A stretch of 64,000 nt of DNA from Emiliania huxleyi CCMP1516 (Eukaryota). The number at the start of each line of letters is the position of its first letter. Position 1 is the first letter of the stretch. Below are positions 1-11,418 of the stretch, in pieces. Position numbers and translations under genes: made by a program. The stretch is taken from assembly GCF_000372725.1 (NCBI RefSeq), contig NW_005202428.1, positions 1,659,331 through 1,723,330 on the forward strand. The letters are read 5' to 3'. The notes under the pieces were generated by a model. That model was not told the origin of the DNA and did not search any database. It worked only from the letters and a program-made list of their open reading frames with translations.

Positions 1-3000
1 GACGCAGACGCGTCCCTCGTCGAGGAGGCGGCCAAGCTGCGAGGAGCGCCGCCGCAGGGACGGCGCTGCCGCCACCACACATGTCGCCCACCCGTCCGGG
101 GCATGTGGTGTGTAGGCACCTCGTCGCAGACTCGGCTGCGGCACGTCGTCGAGGCTTGCGACTCCCTCCCTCCCTCCCTNNNNNNNNNNNNNNNNNNNNN
201 NNNNNNNNNNNNNNNNNNNNNNNNNNNNNNNNNNNNNNNNNNNNNNNNNNNNNNNNNNNNNNNNNNNNNNNNNNNNNNNCTCCCTCCCTACCTATCCTGC
301 CTCCCTCCCTCCACCCCTCCCTCCATCCCTCCCTCCCTCCACCCCTCCTTCCCTCGGCGTCGAGTCGCTTCACCACTACGCCTAGGCGGCGACGCTCGAG
401 GCGGTGCACACCGCCCGCCTCGCCCTCGACCAGCTGGCAGGGAGGCACGTGCCGCCTAGATGCGCGCGGAGGGAGACATCTCGCCCCACCCCCACCGCCG
501 CACCCGCAGCCTGCAGCCCCCGCAGCAGCCCCCGCAGCAGCTCTTGCAGCAGCTCTTGCAGCGCCCCCTGCAGCAGCCTTGCAGCGGGGCCCCTGCAGCA
601 GCCTTGCTTCACTGGAGAGACGACACGGAGAGAGTGCCGTGCTCCGCTGTGCCCTTGGGGAGCTGTGACCCAAGGGGGAGCTGCACCCGCCCGTGACGTC
701 AAGCCAGGGGAGCGACAGAAGGTGCCGCGGGTCGCGGGAGGGTCCTCGCCCTGTCCTCACCCTGTTGCAAGTTGCGTGCAGGAGCGGCTCGGCGCTGTGT
801 CCGCCGCTCGACACGCCAGACGGAGGCGGCGGCGAGGGCGGCGGCGAGTCGCCGCAGGGGCACCAGGGGGGGGGCGGGCCGAGGGAGGAGGGGCGGGAGG
901 AGGGGCGGGGGGAGGGGCAGGGGGAGGGGCAGGAGGGGCGGGGGCGGGGGGAGGGGCGGGTCTCGCGGATCGCGCGCGGCGTTGCCTCCGACGGCACGGC
1001 CCAGGGCGGGAGTGCAAAGGCGGGCGAGGAGGACGCGGGGCGCCGGACCTCGCTGCTGCGCTGCTTCGCAATGGCGCTGCTCGACGTTGAGCGGCGCGCG
1101 TTCGAGCAGCACGCCGCGGCGGTGGACGATCCTAGATGCGGAGAGCCGCAGAGCTTTGCACACGCCTGTACTCGACTGTTCTCACTGCACTCGTGTGTGA
1201 CCGCGCAGTGCTCCCAGTGCACACGCCACACGGCGCACGGTGCCGTGCCCGCCACGCGTGCTATAGGTGGCCGAGGCGTGGCTGCTTGCCGAGGTCCTCC
1301 GCTCGCACGAGCACGCCGAGGCGGGCGGCTAGAGTTGTGGCGGCACGTTAGAGTGCTGCACTCCCGGCAGCGCACACAGCAGCGCACACAGCTCGAGCAC
1401 CCCCCCCTCACACACACACACACACGCACGCCGACTGGCGTCTGATGCGTGCTCGCCTCATGTGTCTAGCACCGCGAGGCCGCGAGATTGCGCGAGAGGG
1501 CCCGAGATGACCCGAGATTGCCCGAGATCGCAGGTACACCGCGAGGCCGCCAACACGCTGAGCGGGGTGCAGAGCAAGGTGTCTGCCCCCCCACGCGCAC
1601 CGGGCCTTGCACTCTGAATGCCGTGGGGTTCCTGTCTTTTAGACGTGGAGACGCGAGGGTCGTTTGGCCCTTGCCCCACCAGGGCAGTGTGTGTGCGGAG
1701 CAGTGTCCCTCACCTCACCTCACCTCACCTGTCCCTCACCTTAGGCGCGGCAGGAGAAGCTCGCCGTGCTGCAGCAGCTGCTCGACTCGGGCCGCACACT
1801 GAGCGAGGAGCGACAGCTCTCCCGCCCCGCCGCGAGCCTCACCCCCGAGATCAGCGCGAGGTCAGCCCGAGATGGCTTGCGTTCGCAGGAGCAGCGACTC
1901 AACCTCTCCGCAGAGGCGGCGGCGGCGGGGCAGCTCGCCGCATCGCTCTCGGCGGAGGCGCGGAAGTGGCAGGGGACGATCGACAACGCGGGGCCGTTCC
2001 AGCTCGAGCAGCTCCGCCTCTCCAAGGCGACCCGAGATGAGCCGAGATGAGCTGAGATGACCCGAGATGATGACCCGAGATGAGCTGAGATGATGGCCCG
2101 AGATGAGTCGCCTCTCCAAGGCTGCGCGAGCACCGGGCCTTGCACTCTCCGTGCCGCGGGGTCGTTGCCTCAGCCTTCGGGCTTGGAGCGAGGGCATCTA
2201 GAGAGGGGGGGGGGGGGGGCTAGTGGTGTGCAGAAGCGTCTCAGACCCTTCCCTTCCCGGCAGGCGGCGCGGGAGAGGCAGGAGCGCGAGAGCGGCGGCG
2301 TCGCGGGAGGCGGCGGCGGCGCGTCGGCCGTCTGTCCCCCGCCCGCGTTTGTCGGCGACGTCGCGGAGGGCCTAGCTCCGGCTGCAGCATGGCATGTCCG
2401 TGACACGTCCGGCGCATGTGTCGTGCAGGAGACGTGGCCGAGGAGCTGCTGGCGCCTGCCGTCGAGCGTGCCGTCGAGGCGTCGCGTGCGATGACGTCGC
2501 AGGTCGCTTGCGCCGATTTGGACGCGAGCGTGCAGAGCCAGCGATTGCTCGTCGACAAGGCGCTCGAGACGATGGCACCGGACAGTCTAGATGCGAAACA
2601 CGACGAGTCGCGGGCGCGTCAGACAGGCAGGCTTGCACCGGCAGGCATACGCACTTCATAGTCACGGGCGGGCTCCCGTAGCAATCTAGCCGGTGCACGC
2701 AGCGGCATGCACACTGACAAGTCCGCGCGGCGTGTGCTCTTGCCCAGCGGGCCCGCTCGCCCCCGCGGCTAGGTGGAGGAGGCGGTGCACCTCGAGAAGA
2801 TGCGCCAGCAGCACGCGGCGCGCGAGCGAGCGGCGGCGGCGCGCGCAGAGCAGCAGCAGGCAGCCGCGAAGCCGCGCCGGGCGGGACACAGCGACGGCGA
2901 CGGCGGCGAGGGCAGCAACGCGCCGTCGGCAGACGCGCGTGGCGTGGCGGAGGTGGAGGGGCTCGACGAACTCCTCGTCGGAGTGTGGGAGCGGCTCACT

Positions 3001-6000
3001 GCTAAGGCTGCTGCCGGCGGAGGCGGAGGCGGCGACGCGCGCGACGCGGCGTTGCTCGCAGAGGCGAAGGCGGAGGTGGTGCGTGTGGCGTCCGCCGCGC
3101 AGGCTCGCGCTGTGGCGGTTGCGAGGCGAGAGGTGGAGCGGGCAGCGGAGGCCAGACTGGAGCAGCAAAAGGAGACAGACACAGACCCGCCCTGCCCGGC
3201 CCTCCCTCCCTCCCGGCTCTACCTCGGGTAGATGTCGGGGAGTAGGAGAAGATGCACATCCTGCTGCACGAGGCGGTGGAGGAGGCGAGAGAGGCAACGG
3301 ATCGGCAGCGCGCCGAGGAGGCGCCGAGGTCTAGCCGAGAGATTGAAGATGTGTGGAGCCTTGAAGATGTGGGGCCGTGGCCGCAATAGAGCGTGGAGAG
3401 AGTTGAGTGGGCGCGACCCTCTCGACGCCCTCCCGCGCTGCCCCGCGGCCCCGCCGATCACTGACGGCCACTGTTTCTCCCCTCAGACCCAGTCGGCGCT
3501 CGATTTGGCCGCCGAGCGCGCCGAGGCTGAGAAGCGGGAGGCGCGCGCGGTCGGTCGGTCGTTGCGGCCTGAAGCGGCTTCCCCTCTCAGCTCCGCGTCT
3601 CTCCCTGCCCGCCCCTCCCCCCTATTCACAGGCGGTCGCGAGCGCGCTCAAGGAGGCATCCGAGAGGTTGGCCGAAGAGGCGGCGGCGAGCAGGGCGTTC
3701 CGACGCCACCTTGCCTGTTCTCTCTCAGCCTTTTCTGAGCCGCCCCGCAGGCTGCAGAGGACAAGGCGCTCGCCATCCAGCAGGCCGTCAAGGCAGCCGA
3801 GCAGCGGATGAGCCAGAGCCGCGCGGTGGTGGCGGAGCGTGGGGTGATGGAGGCGGCGATGCGGGCGGCCGACCAGCGAGTGCGCGCGCAGGCCGCTCGC
3901 GAAGGGGTCGCGCGGGTAGGGCGAGGGCGAGGGCACCGCTGACTCATGCGCCGCTGGTGTGCGGCGGATCGCGTAGGTCGCCGATGAGCTGGGCCGCGAG
4001 CGGGCGGCGAGGCGGGAGGCTGAGGAGCGGCTGCAGGCGACGGAGCTGCGCCTCGGCGCCGTCCGCGAAGGCACGAGCAAGGCGGCGGCGAAAGCCATCG
4101 CGCTGGCGGCGCCCCTCCACCGCTCGGCGGCGGAGGGCGCCGTGAAGGCGGCGGTGGAGTCGGAGAAGCAGCGCGCGGCGCTCGAGCACGCGGCGGAGAG
4201 GGACGCGGAGAGGGAGAGGGCGAAGGCGGAGGCGGCGCGGCAGAGGGACGGCGCGGTCCGCGAGGCGCTCGCCGACGAGCGGCGAAAGCACGCGCTGCGC
4301 ATGCGGCAGGCGGTCGAGGCGGCGGTGGCGACTGCGCGCCTCGACGAGCGCGCCGCGCAGCAAGGGAAGGCGGACGCGGCGGTCAAGGCGGCGGTGGAGG
4401 CGGTAAGGGCGCGCGAGGCGGAGGCGAGGCGCGCTGCCATCGCCGAGGCCCTCGAAGCTCACGAGCGGCAGCGGGTGCGTGCTCTAGCTTGCGTCGCTCA
4501 CTCGGAGCCGCGAGCGCCGTGACTTTTCGACTCACCGCCGCCGCTGAGCCACCCCGTCCCCACTCGCCACCCCCGCCCCACTCGGCAGGTGAGGACGGTG
4601 GAGGCGAGCGCCATGCAAGCGCTCGTGGGGCAGAGCGCCGACGCGGCACGGAGCGTGCGCGAGGCGGCGGAGGCGAAGCTAAGCCGCGAGCTCGATGCCG
4701 CGGAGGTCCGGCACGCGGCGTCGCAGAAAAGGGCGGTGAGCGCCGCCGTGACGGAGGCGCTCGCACAGCGCAAGGCCGCCGAGGAGCGGGCGGTGCAGCG
4801 CGCCGTCTCGTCCGCCGTTGGCGACGCGGAGCGCGCTGCCCAGGTGGCCGTGCTCTGTTGTCTAAATTGATTGCGTCAATTGGCGTCTCGGCTCCTCGGC
4901 TCATCTCAGCTCATTCCCCACCGAGGTGACGCGCGCGCGGGAGGTTGCGTCGGCGGAGGCGCGCGGTCGGGCGGAGGAGGCGAAGAGGACGGCTGCGGCG
5001 GTGCGCGTGGCGGTGGAGGAGGCGGTGGTTCACACGATGGCGCGCATCAAGCCGGCGCTGCAGAAGCAGGAGGAGGTGGAGGCGGCGATCCGGAGGGCCG
5101 AGGAGCGCGCGAGGGAGATGGAGCGGATGCAGGCGTCGCAGGTCGAGAATCGGATCAAGGAGCTCGCGCAGGACGTCGCGTCGCAGCCGGCGGCCGTGCA
5201 GAAGCAGATCCGCGCGGCGGTCACCGCAGTCGAGGACCGGAACGCTCGCCAGCTGGCGCAGGTGCACCAGACGTACAAGGAGGCGGCGGACGAGCAGCAG
5301 CTGCAAATCAAGGAGCTGCTCCAGCAGGCAGTGAGGGGGGGAGGGGCGAGGGGGCGAGAGCGGACTCGCGAGCTGCGCGAGCGGTGCGCGCCCAACCCCT
5401 TGCCCCGTCCCCTCTCTGAGACCCTCCCCCCCCTCCTCCGGACAGGCGCACGAGCACGGGCGGCACCAGCAGGAGGCGGCCGTGACCGCCGCGGAGGAGC
5501 GGATGCGCCTCGAGGCCGAGGAGGAGAAGGCGGAGGTACTCGACGCGACTCGAGCCGCCATCAAGGTCGCCGCGATCCAGCAGGCGGAGGAGGTCGACTC
5601 GTTGGTCGCGCAGCTCGCCGAAGTGACGGCGGAGAGGAGGCGGCAGGCGGACGAGATCGCCCTGCTCCGCCAAGAGCGCAGTGAGCTCGAGCTGAAGCTC
5701 GGCCACCACTTCCTCGGTGTCACCGCGGCACACCAAGCGCCGGGCGGCGCCGCCTCCGCCGCCCCCTCCTCCCGTGTCTCCTCCCACGTCTCCTCCGGCG
5801 CCAGCTCGACCCCGTACACCGACATCTCCATCGACCGCGAGGACCAGGCTAGTGCGCAGCGGGCGGGGTCCGGTGTCATGGCGGCGCGCCCGGCGCCCAG
5901 CGCCGCCCCCTCCGCCCCGCCCTCCCACGTCTCCTCTGGCGCCAGCTCGACCCCTTACACCGACATCTCCATCGACCGCGAGAGCGACGTCAGCACGGCG

Positions 6001-6039
6001 GCGGTCCAGGCGCAGAGCAGCACGATCGAACTCGACTAG
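1..6039 (+). CDS. Large multi-exon Ala/Glu/Arg-rich coiled-coil protein (5' end outside the window or unresolved)
   Basis: Successive AG-preceded exons (e.g. 1745-2026, 2773-3171, 3751-3906, 3977-4474, 4589-4843, 4926-5327, 5446-6039) encode heptad-like A/E/R/Q sequence and end at TAG 6037-6039; no catalytic motif seen. Confidence 0.7.
180..279. other. Assembly gap (100 N)
   Basis: Run of N within a CCCT-type microsatellite. Confidence 1.
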
Positions 6040-6673
6040 CAGGCGGTGGCGCGGAGCAAGAAGGGGGGAAGGGTGGGTGCGGAGGGGAGCGGGAGGGGGG
6101 GTGGGGGGCAGACTCACATCGGAGGAGCGTGGGGACGATCGTGAAATGTCTTGAGTCTGTGAGATGTGTGAGGCGGGGGGTACGGTGTCGCGAAGTCTGC
6201 CGTCTAGTCACCGCTAATCCCCTTGTTACGAACTTACGATAATGTTGTCAGTGGTGACTGGTGTGACGTGTGTGGTCTGTTGGATCGTCGAACTGGCAAC
6301 TGCCATGCAGTCCCCCTGCGCGCTGCGCCTGGGCTGCATTTTGAACTTTTGTTCAAAAACATTTTGCATCGACCCTCTAGACACCAGAGTACTCTGGCCC
6401 GCGCCCGGGACGCGGGAGCCTCAGGAGTCACAGTTTCACTTTCAGGTGTCGCGTGTCGCTGTCGGGTGTCGCTGTCGGGAGAGCGGTAAGGCGGATTTGA
6501 AGTCTCCATGAGACCGACTCGCATCGGTTGCACCCGCGGATTGAATGGTCAAGGCTGCGCATATTTGTGCAGCGAAGACGCAGTGTCCCAGTCCGAGGCG
6601 GCTCTCTCCTGCGATTGGCGCATGGAGCGGGGTTGATGTTGATCTGTTGCAGCAGAGCGCATCTTGCTACGCG

Positions 6674-8220
6674 CTACGCCCTCTCCTGGACAAACTGCTC
6701 CACTAGCCCATTGAATGTGTTCCTTCGGCACCACTCGAAAAGCTCTTCGGACGAGACCAGGCTGTCGCCATTCAGATCCATCTCGGTGATCACCTTACTG
6801 GCCATCTCCTCAACCAGATCCTCGCGCTGGATGAGCCATCCCCGTTCCTCGCGCCCCTTGATCAGATGCGTCACCATAAAGTGGCTGATCTCGGTTTTGT
6901 CGAGGAGGCCGTTCCGGTCGGCGTCGATGGCACGAAAGAAAGCCTCAGCGCGCATCTTGCGATACGCGTGCGCCTCCAGGCAGGTCTCCACCATCTTGGG
7001 CACAGCCACCTGTGGCGCGTAGCCGAGGTCGCGGAGAGGCTCGGTCGTCGAGAGGGTGTCTGGCCAAAGCCGTGCAAACTTGGCCATGTTATCATCCAGC
7101 TTTGTCGTCGGCACAAAGTCGGGGACGTGGCGGCGGATCTCCTCGAAGAGCTCCTCCGCCGAGAAGGAGAGCCCCGGCATGGCGTACCCATTCTCGGGCT
7201 CGTGCAGCGCGGACTCCTCTGCGTCCTGCAGCGCTAGCAGCCCTCGCATCTGCGCGCGGCGGGGAAGACACACATCCCGTGAGCTCGATGGAAAACGCAC
7301 CCGCCTCAAACCCTGTCGGCCGCACCAAGTCATCGACAAAAATCATCGGCAAGGTGACGTCGGGCTCGACCGGGCACTCGTACTGCTCCCCCTTGGACGC
7401 CGCGAGGAGCGCATCAAGAGCGTACTCGGTGGTACCGTTGCCCCAGATCGCCTCGCTGTGCAGCACGCCGGGTAGCACCTATTAGGCAATGACGTTGCTC
7501 CCACCCGAAGACTGTTGGCGGCGCGCCACGCGATGCTCAAGCGCACCGCAAACCGTGGGTCGCCACCCGCTGCAGACGCGAACTCCGCCATTAGCTCCCG
7601 GCAGCCGCGCTTCTGCCTGCCATAGTCGGATCCTGGGTCCTGGGTGGGATTTTCCGTCAGCCAACGCGCCGTCGCGCCGCTCCGCGGGGCTTCCGCCCCA
7701 AAGGAGCCGATGGAATCGGTAAAGCAGATCCGCCTCGCGCCAACCTCGCGCATCGCCGTGAGCACCTTTGACATGCCGCCCATCGTGACCGCCTCGGCAA
7801 CAGCCGGGTCCAGAGCCGTCTCCACCGAGAGCGGCGCCGCCAGGTTCCACACCGTGGTGTCGGCGTCGGCGTGCTCCTACTAGCGGTAGGTGACTAACCG
7901 TCAAAGAATCAATTCCTGACGACCCTAGGCAGGCTGATGAGTGCTCCTTGAAAAGCTTCACGAGCGCCTCTTGATCGCGCACGTCCACGCCGCCGACGCA
8001 GACCTACGAACGAAGTGTGGCCGCAGGTGAAGGCCTGCGAGACTCGTCGAGGCTGCGGAAGAGGTGTGAGCTGCACCGAGGCAATGCTTGTGATGGAGTC
8101 AGGGAGCTGCGGCATCCGGTCAGCGGCAATGACCCGGGAGCCGCGAGCGGCGAGGGCTGCGGTGAGGCGCTTCCCGACAGCACCGCCGGCGCCGACGATC
8201 AGGGTCTGAGAGGCAGGCAT
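6674..8220 (-). CDS. TDH: SDR-type L-threonine 3-dehydrogenase-like protein with two C-terminal EF-hands (spliced)
   Basis: TLIVGAGGAVG Rossmann motif, NLAAPLS, FTDSIGSFG, DYGRQK (YxxxK), GNGTTEYA, LPMIFVDD, LWP; EF loops DADRNGLLDKTE and DLNGDSLVSSEE. Confidence 0.8.
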
Positions 8221-8657
8221 TCAAGGGCAGGCAAGCCGCTGTTGCGACAGGCGCGGCGTCCACGCCTCGGTCCTCGCGACGAGCGAAATGTCGCAACGGT
8301 GGACGGACGCTGCGCAAGTTCTTTGGGGATAACTTTTTCTTTTTCCATTCTTTCTCCTTTCCTAGGGAGTTTTGTTTTAGGTATGTTGTTCCTAGGGAGT
8401 TTTGAGATGAAAATGTTTATTTTTGTGGTGTATCCGTGCCAATGCGTGCCAGACTGCCCTGCGTTGTGCGAGGGAGTTTTGTGCTAAAGAATTTGTTCGT
8501 TTTGGCCAGAAACTCTTACCCTTGCAGCTTGCTCTTATCTGGTTCGTTGCGTACACGCACCACGTGTTTTGCACTTCCTCTGTCCCAACTTCACACGTGA
8601 AATTGGGTCGCTTCTGTTGTTTACGCTCTACGCGACCGCCCTCATTATTACTCCCTG

Positions 8658-10292
8658 TCATGAGCACGGCTCAGTGGCTGCCCGAAAGGCTATGAGCTCC
8701 TGTAGTGCCTCCGCGCGCGCTCGCAGTTCACGAGCCAGCGCCGGCGGGGGTCCCTCCCCGGCGCTCGCGAGCGTGTCGTAGGCCGTGGCCTGTGCGCCCC
8801 GGCCCCCGCCCGTCGCAAAAAAGGCGGCATTCAAGCTACCTGGGGCAGGCCTCGGCGTAGTCGGCGCGGTGTCGCTGCTTTTGCGCACGCCGCGGCTGCT
8901 TTTCGGCGCCTCAGCAACCTCCTCTCCGCGTTGAGTGTGCAAAGCGGTCAACGGCGTGGCACCCCGTGCCGGCGGCGGTGAGACCGAGAGCCCTGCGCCG
9001 TCGGCGGGACGGGCGGCGACTGAGTGAGGCGGCGTCAACCGCCCCGCCGGCGTCACGAGCCCTCCACCTCCCACCGGGCACGTGTTGCGGCGTGCAGCTC
9101 CGCGACCACGCCCACGCCCACGCCCAGGAGACACCGGCGGGGCAGAGCCCGCCCGCAGCGGGTCACTGTTTGGCATTTCCGTCCCCCGTCGAACACCTGC
9201 ATCTGCCCTTCTCGTGGAGGGCGAGGACTTGGCCGAGTTCGCGGAGTGGGAGGGGGAGCCTCCGATGGGGAGACTCAGGTCCTCTATTGCGTGGCTGCAA
9301 TCCTCCGTGGCGGCGGCCCTGAGGCCTGGAGTCGATGGTGGGGACGGTAGCGGGCCTCTGGCGCTGCTGCAAGAAGCGGAAGACGACGGTCCACCGCCCT
9401 CTCCTGATGAAGACGCGCATACGGCGGACTGGCAGGCAGTCCCTGCCGCGGTGCCGGCTTGGAGGGCCGGCGCAACGAAAGATGGAGCGTCCTGGGCTGG
9501 AGTTGGGCCGTTCTGTGAGCTTTCGTCCCGTGAACCCTCTCGCCTCATTCCCTTCGTGCGATACCTCTCGCCCGTCTGAGTGCTCGCCTCGATGGCCTGG
9601 CTCTTGTTACGGCGCACCTTCAGCTGCTGCAGCTCGAGACGGACACCCGCCAAGCTACGCTGTGTGACGGCCTCACGCAGTGAGGCCTCCCCGTGCAGCC
9701 GCTGCACTTCATCCACCCGCCTCCCCAGCTCCTCCTTCTCCTTGAGTACACGGCCCATCTGCTCCTCTGCCGCCTCCCGCGACTCTTCTGAGGCACTGAG
9801 CTGAGCGGCCTGCGTGGCCTCACGCTGCCGCACCTCGTCGAGCTCCTCCAGGAGCAACGTGTGGCGTTGCTGAGCTGCAATGAGAGATTCGTCCGTTGCC
9901 GCTGCCGCAGCTGCCACAGCAACCGAAGCCTTAAGCTCTTCTGCTTGAGCACTCTTCTGCTGCTGCTGTGCCACCGCAACCTCCCGCTGCAGAGTCTCCA
10001 CCACCTCGGCTTCTTCCCGCCTGGCCAAGGCGAGTGCGTCGCGTAGTCGTGTCTCCCCGGCACGGCGGGTCGCCTCGACGCGTGCATTGCACTCCCGCTG
10101 CAGCTCAACTCTCTTCCGAGACTCCGCGGCAAGCGCCAGGTCGGCAGCCGCAGTAAGTGAGGCGGCGGCGTGGTCAAGGATCTGATCGACAGCCGTGCGT
10201 AGGGAGTTGGGGACCATCATGTCCTGCATAGCAGCGTGAAGGTCTACGCGGAGCCCTTTGAGGGCAAGGCTGAACTCCGGGTGGCGCTCCAT
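8658..10292 (-). CDS. Hypothetical protein with N-terminal coiled coil and disordered Ser/Pro-rich C-terminus
   Basis: Uninterrupted ORF; likely start ATG at 10292 (MERHPEFSLALK); heptad-rich first half. Confidence 0.65.
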   Translation of the reverse strand: MERHPEFSLALKGLRVDLHAAMQDMMVPNSLRTAVDQILDHAAASLTAAADLALAAESRKRVELQRECNARVEATRRAGETRLRDALALARREEAEVVETLQREVAVAQQQQKSAQAEELKASVAVAAAAAATDESLIAAQQRHTLLLEELDEVRQREATQAAQLSASEESREAAEEQMGRVLKEKEELGRRVDEVQRLHGEASLREAVTQRSLAGVRLELQQLKVRRNKSQAIEASTQTGERYRTKGMRREGSRDESSQNGPTPAQDAPSFVAPALQAGTAAGTACQSAVCASSSGEGGGPSSSASCSSARGPLPSPPSTPGLRAAATEDCSHAIEDLSLPIGGSPSHSANSAKSSPSTRRADAGVRRGTEMPNSDPLRAGSAPPVSPGRGRGRGRGAARRNTCPVGGGGLVTPAGRLTPPHSVAARPADGAGLSVSPPPARGATPLTALHTQRGEEVAEAPKSSRGVRKSSDTAPTTPRPAPGSLNAAFFATGGGRGAQATAYDTLASAGEGPPPALARELRARAEALQELIAFRAATEPCS

Positions 10293-10404
10293 TGGCTGAA
10301 TTCGGACGAACGCAGACTTGCGGTGAAACGGCAGCAGTGGAGGCCATTTCTTTTGGTTCTCTTGAAGTGAAACGGCTGCTGCTCGCCGCAAGGCTCGCGC
10401 CGCG

Positions 10405-11190
10405 ATGCCAAAGAAGGCGAAGAAGGGCTCCAAGAAGGGCTCCAAGGGCGGGTTCGACTGGGCGACGGCAGACAGGGAGAAGTGGGCGCACGTGGAAGTA
10501 CGCAATAACCGATGGTGCACGATGCGGTTCACCGCTCTTTTGAATACAACCGAGACGCTGGAGACGGTGCGCCGGCTCATTGTGGATCGTCACGGCGTGA
10601 CAGACCGGGAAGGTCTACGTATGTACCTGGGCTCAGAATGCGCGCCTGAAAGTCAGTTCAGAGCGGAGCACTTTGGGCTGAGGCTGCAGGATCTCACCTT
10701 TGTTGGAGGCTCCAAGAATGACAAGTTTGTTACAGTCGTGACTTATGAGTACAACCAGTTCGAGTCAGCGCTGCGGCTGCCGCCTCTCGAAGTTGCTGCA
10801 CCTCTCGTGAGCAGCGCCAAGGGGGCCTCAACCGCCATTCCTAAGGGAGTTCGGGTCGCCGCGGCAGCAGTGCCCCCTCCCGTCATGAGCACAGCTTCAA
10901 GGGGTTCGCGGAATGAGAGAGCAACCGATCTTTATGAATTCGACGAGGGCGAAGGTGGAGGCGAAGAGGGGGAGGCTGGGGAGGAGGACGGCGAGGACGG
11001 TGAGGACGGCGAGGACGGCGAGGATGTTGACGACGGCGATGGCGACGACGGCGATGATGGTGACGGGGGTGGCGACGAAGGAGACCTGGAGCAAGACGAA
11101 GCGGAAGGGGGCGGCGGCGAGGACGCAGGCACGGGCGAGGCGGGGGGCGAGGCGGAGGATGGCGATGGGGACGAGGAAGAGGAGTCGTGA
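10405..11190 (+). CDS. Hypothetical protein: Lys-rich N-terminus, possible ubiquitin-like fold, very acidic tail
   Basis: Single-exon 261-aa ORF; MPKKAKKGSKKG, globular segment HVEVRNNRW...TLETVRRLIVDRHG, Asp/Glu/Gly tail. Confidence 0.7.
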   Translation: MPKKAKKGSKKGSKGGFDWATADREKWAHVEVRNNRWCTMRFTALLNTTETLETVRRLIVDRHGVTDREGLRMYLGSECAPESQFRAEHFGLRLQDLTFVGGSKNDKFVTVVTYEYNQFESALRLPPLEVAAPLVSSAKGASTAIPKGVRVAAAAVPPPVMSTASRGSRNERATDLYEFDEGEGGGEEGEAGEEDGEDGEDGEDGEDVDDGDGDDGDDGDGGGDEGDLEQDEAEGGGGEDAGTGEAGGEAEDGDGDEEEES

Positions 11191-11418
11191 ATGTGTCGGT
11201 ATTATCGTTTATTTTGGCTTGACAGCTTGAGGGCGACACAGCACGCCGACGCCCCCCTCGCTCAAAACCGACAAGTCACAAGAGTGAGGAGACACCGGGC
11301 CTCTCCTCTACTATCTTCCTCATTGCCCCCGGGCCCAAAATTACGGCGAGGACGCAGGAGGTGTGTTCATACTCGCTACACATCGGTGGCTAATGCTGAA
11401 AGTGGCTGGCGCTCATCG

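Noticed and set aside
5780..5982. Duplicated SHVSSGASSTPYTDISIDRE peptide
   Set aside because: Simple intragenic duplication in a disordered tail, with no evidence of special function
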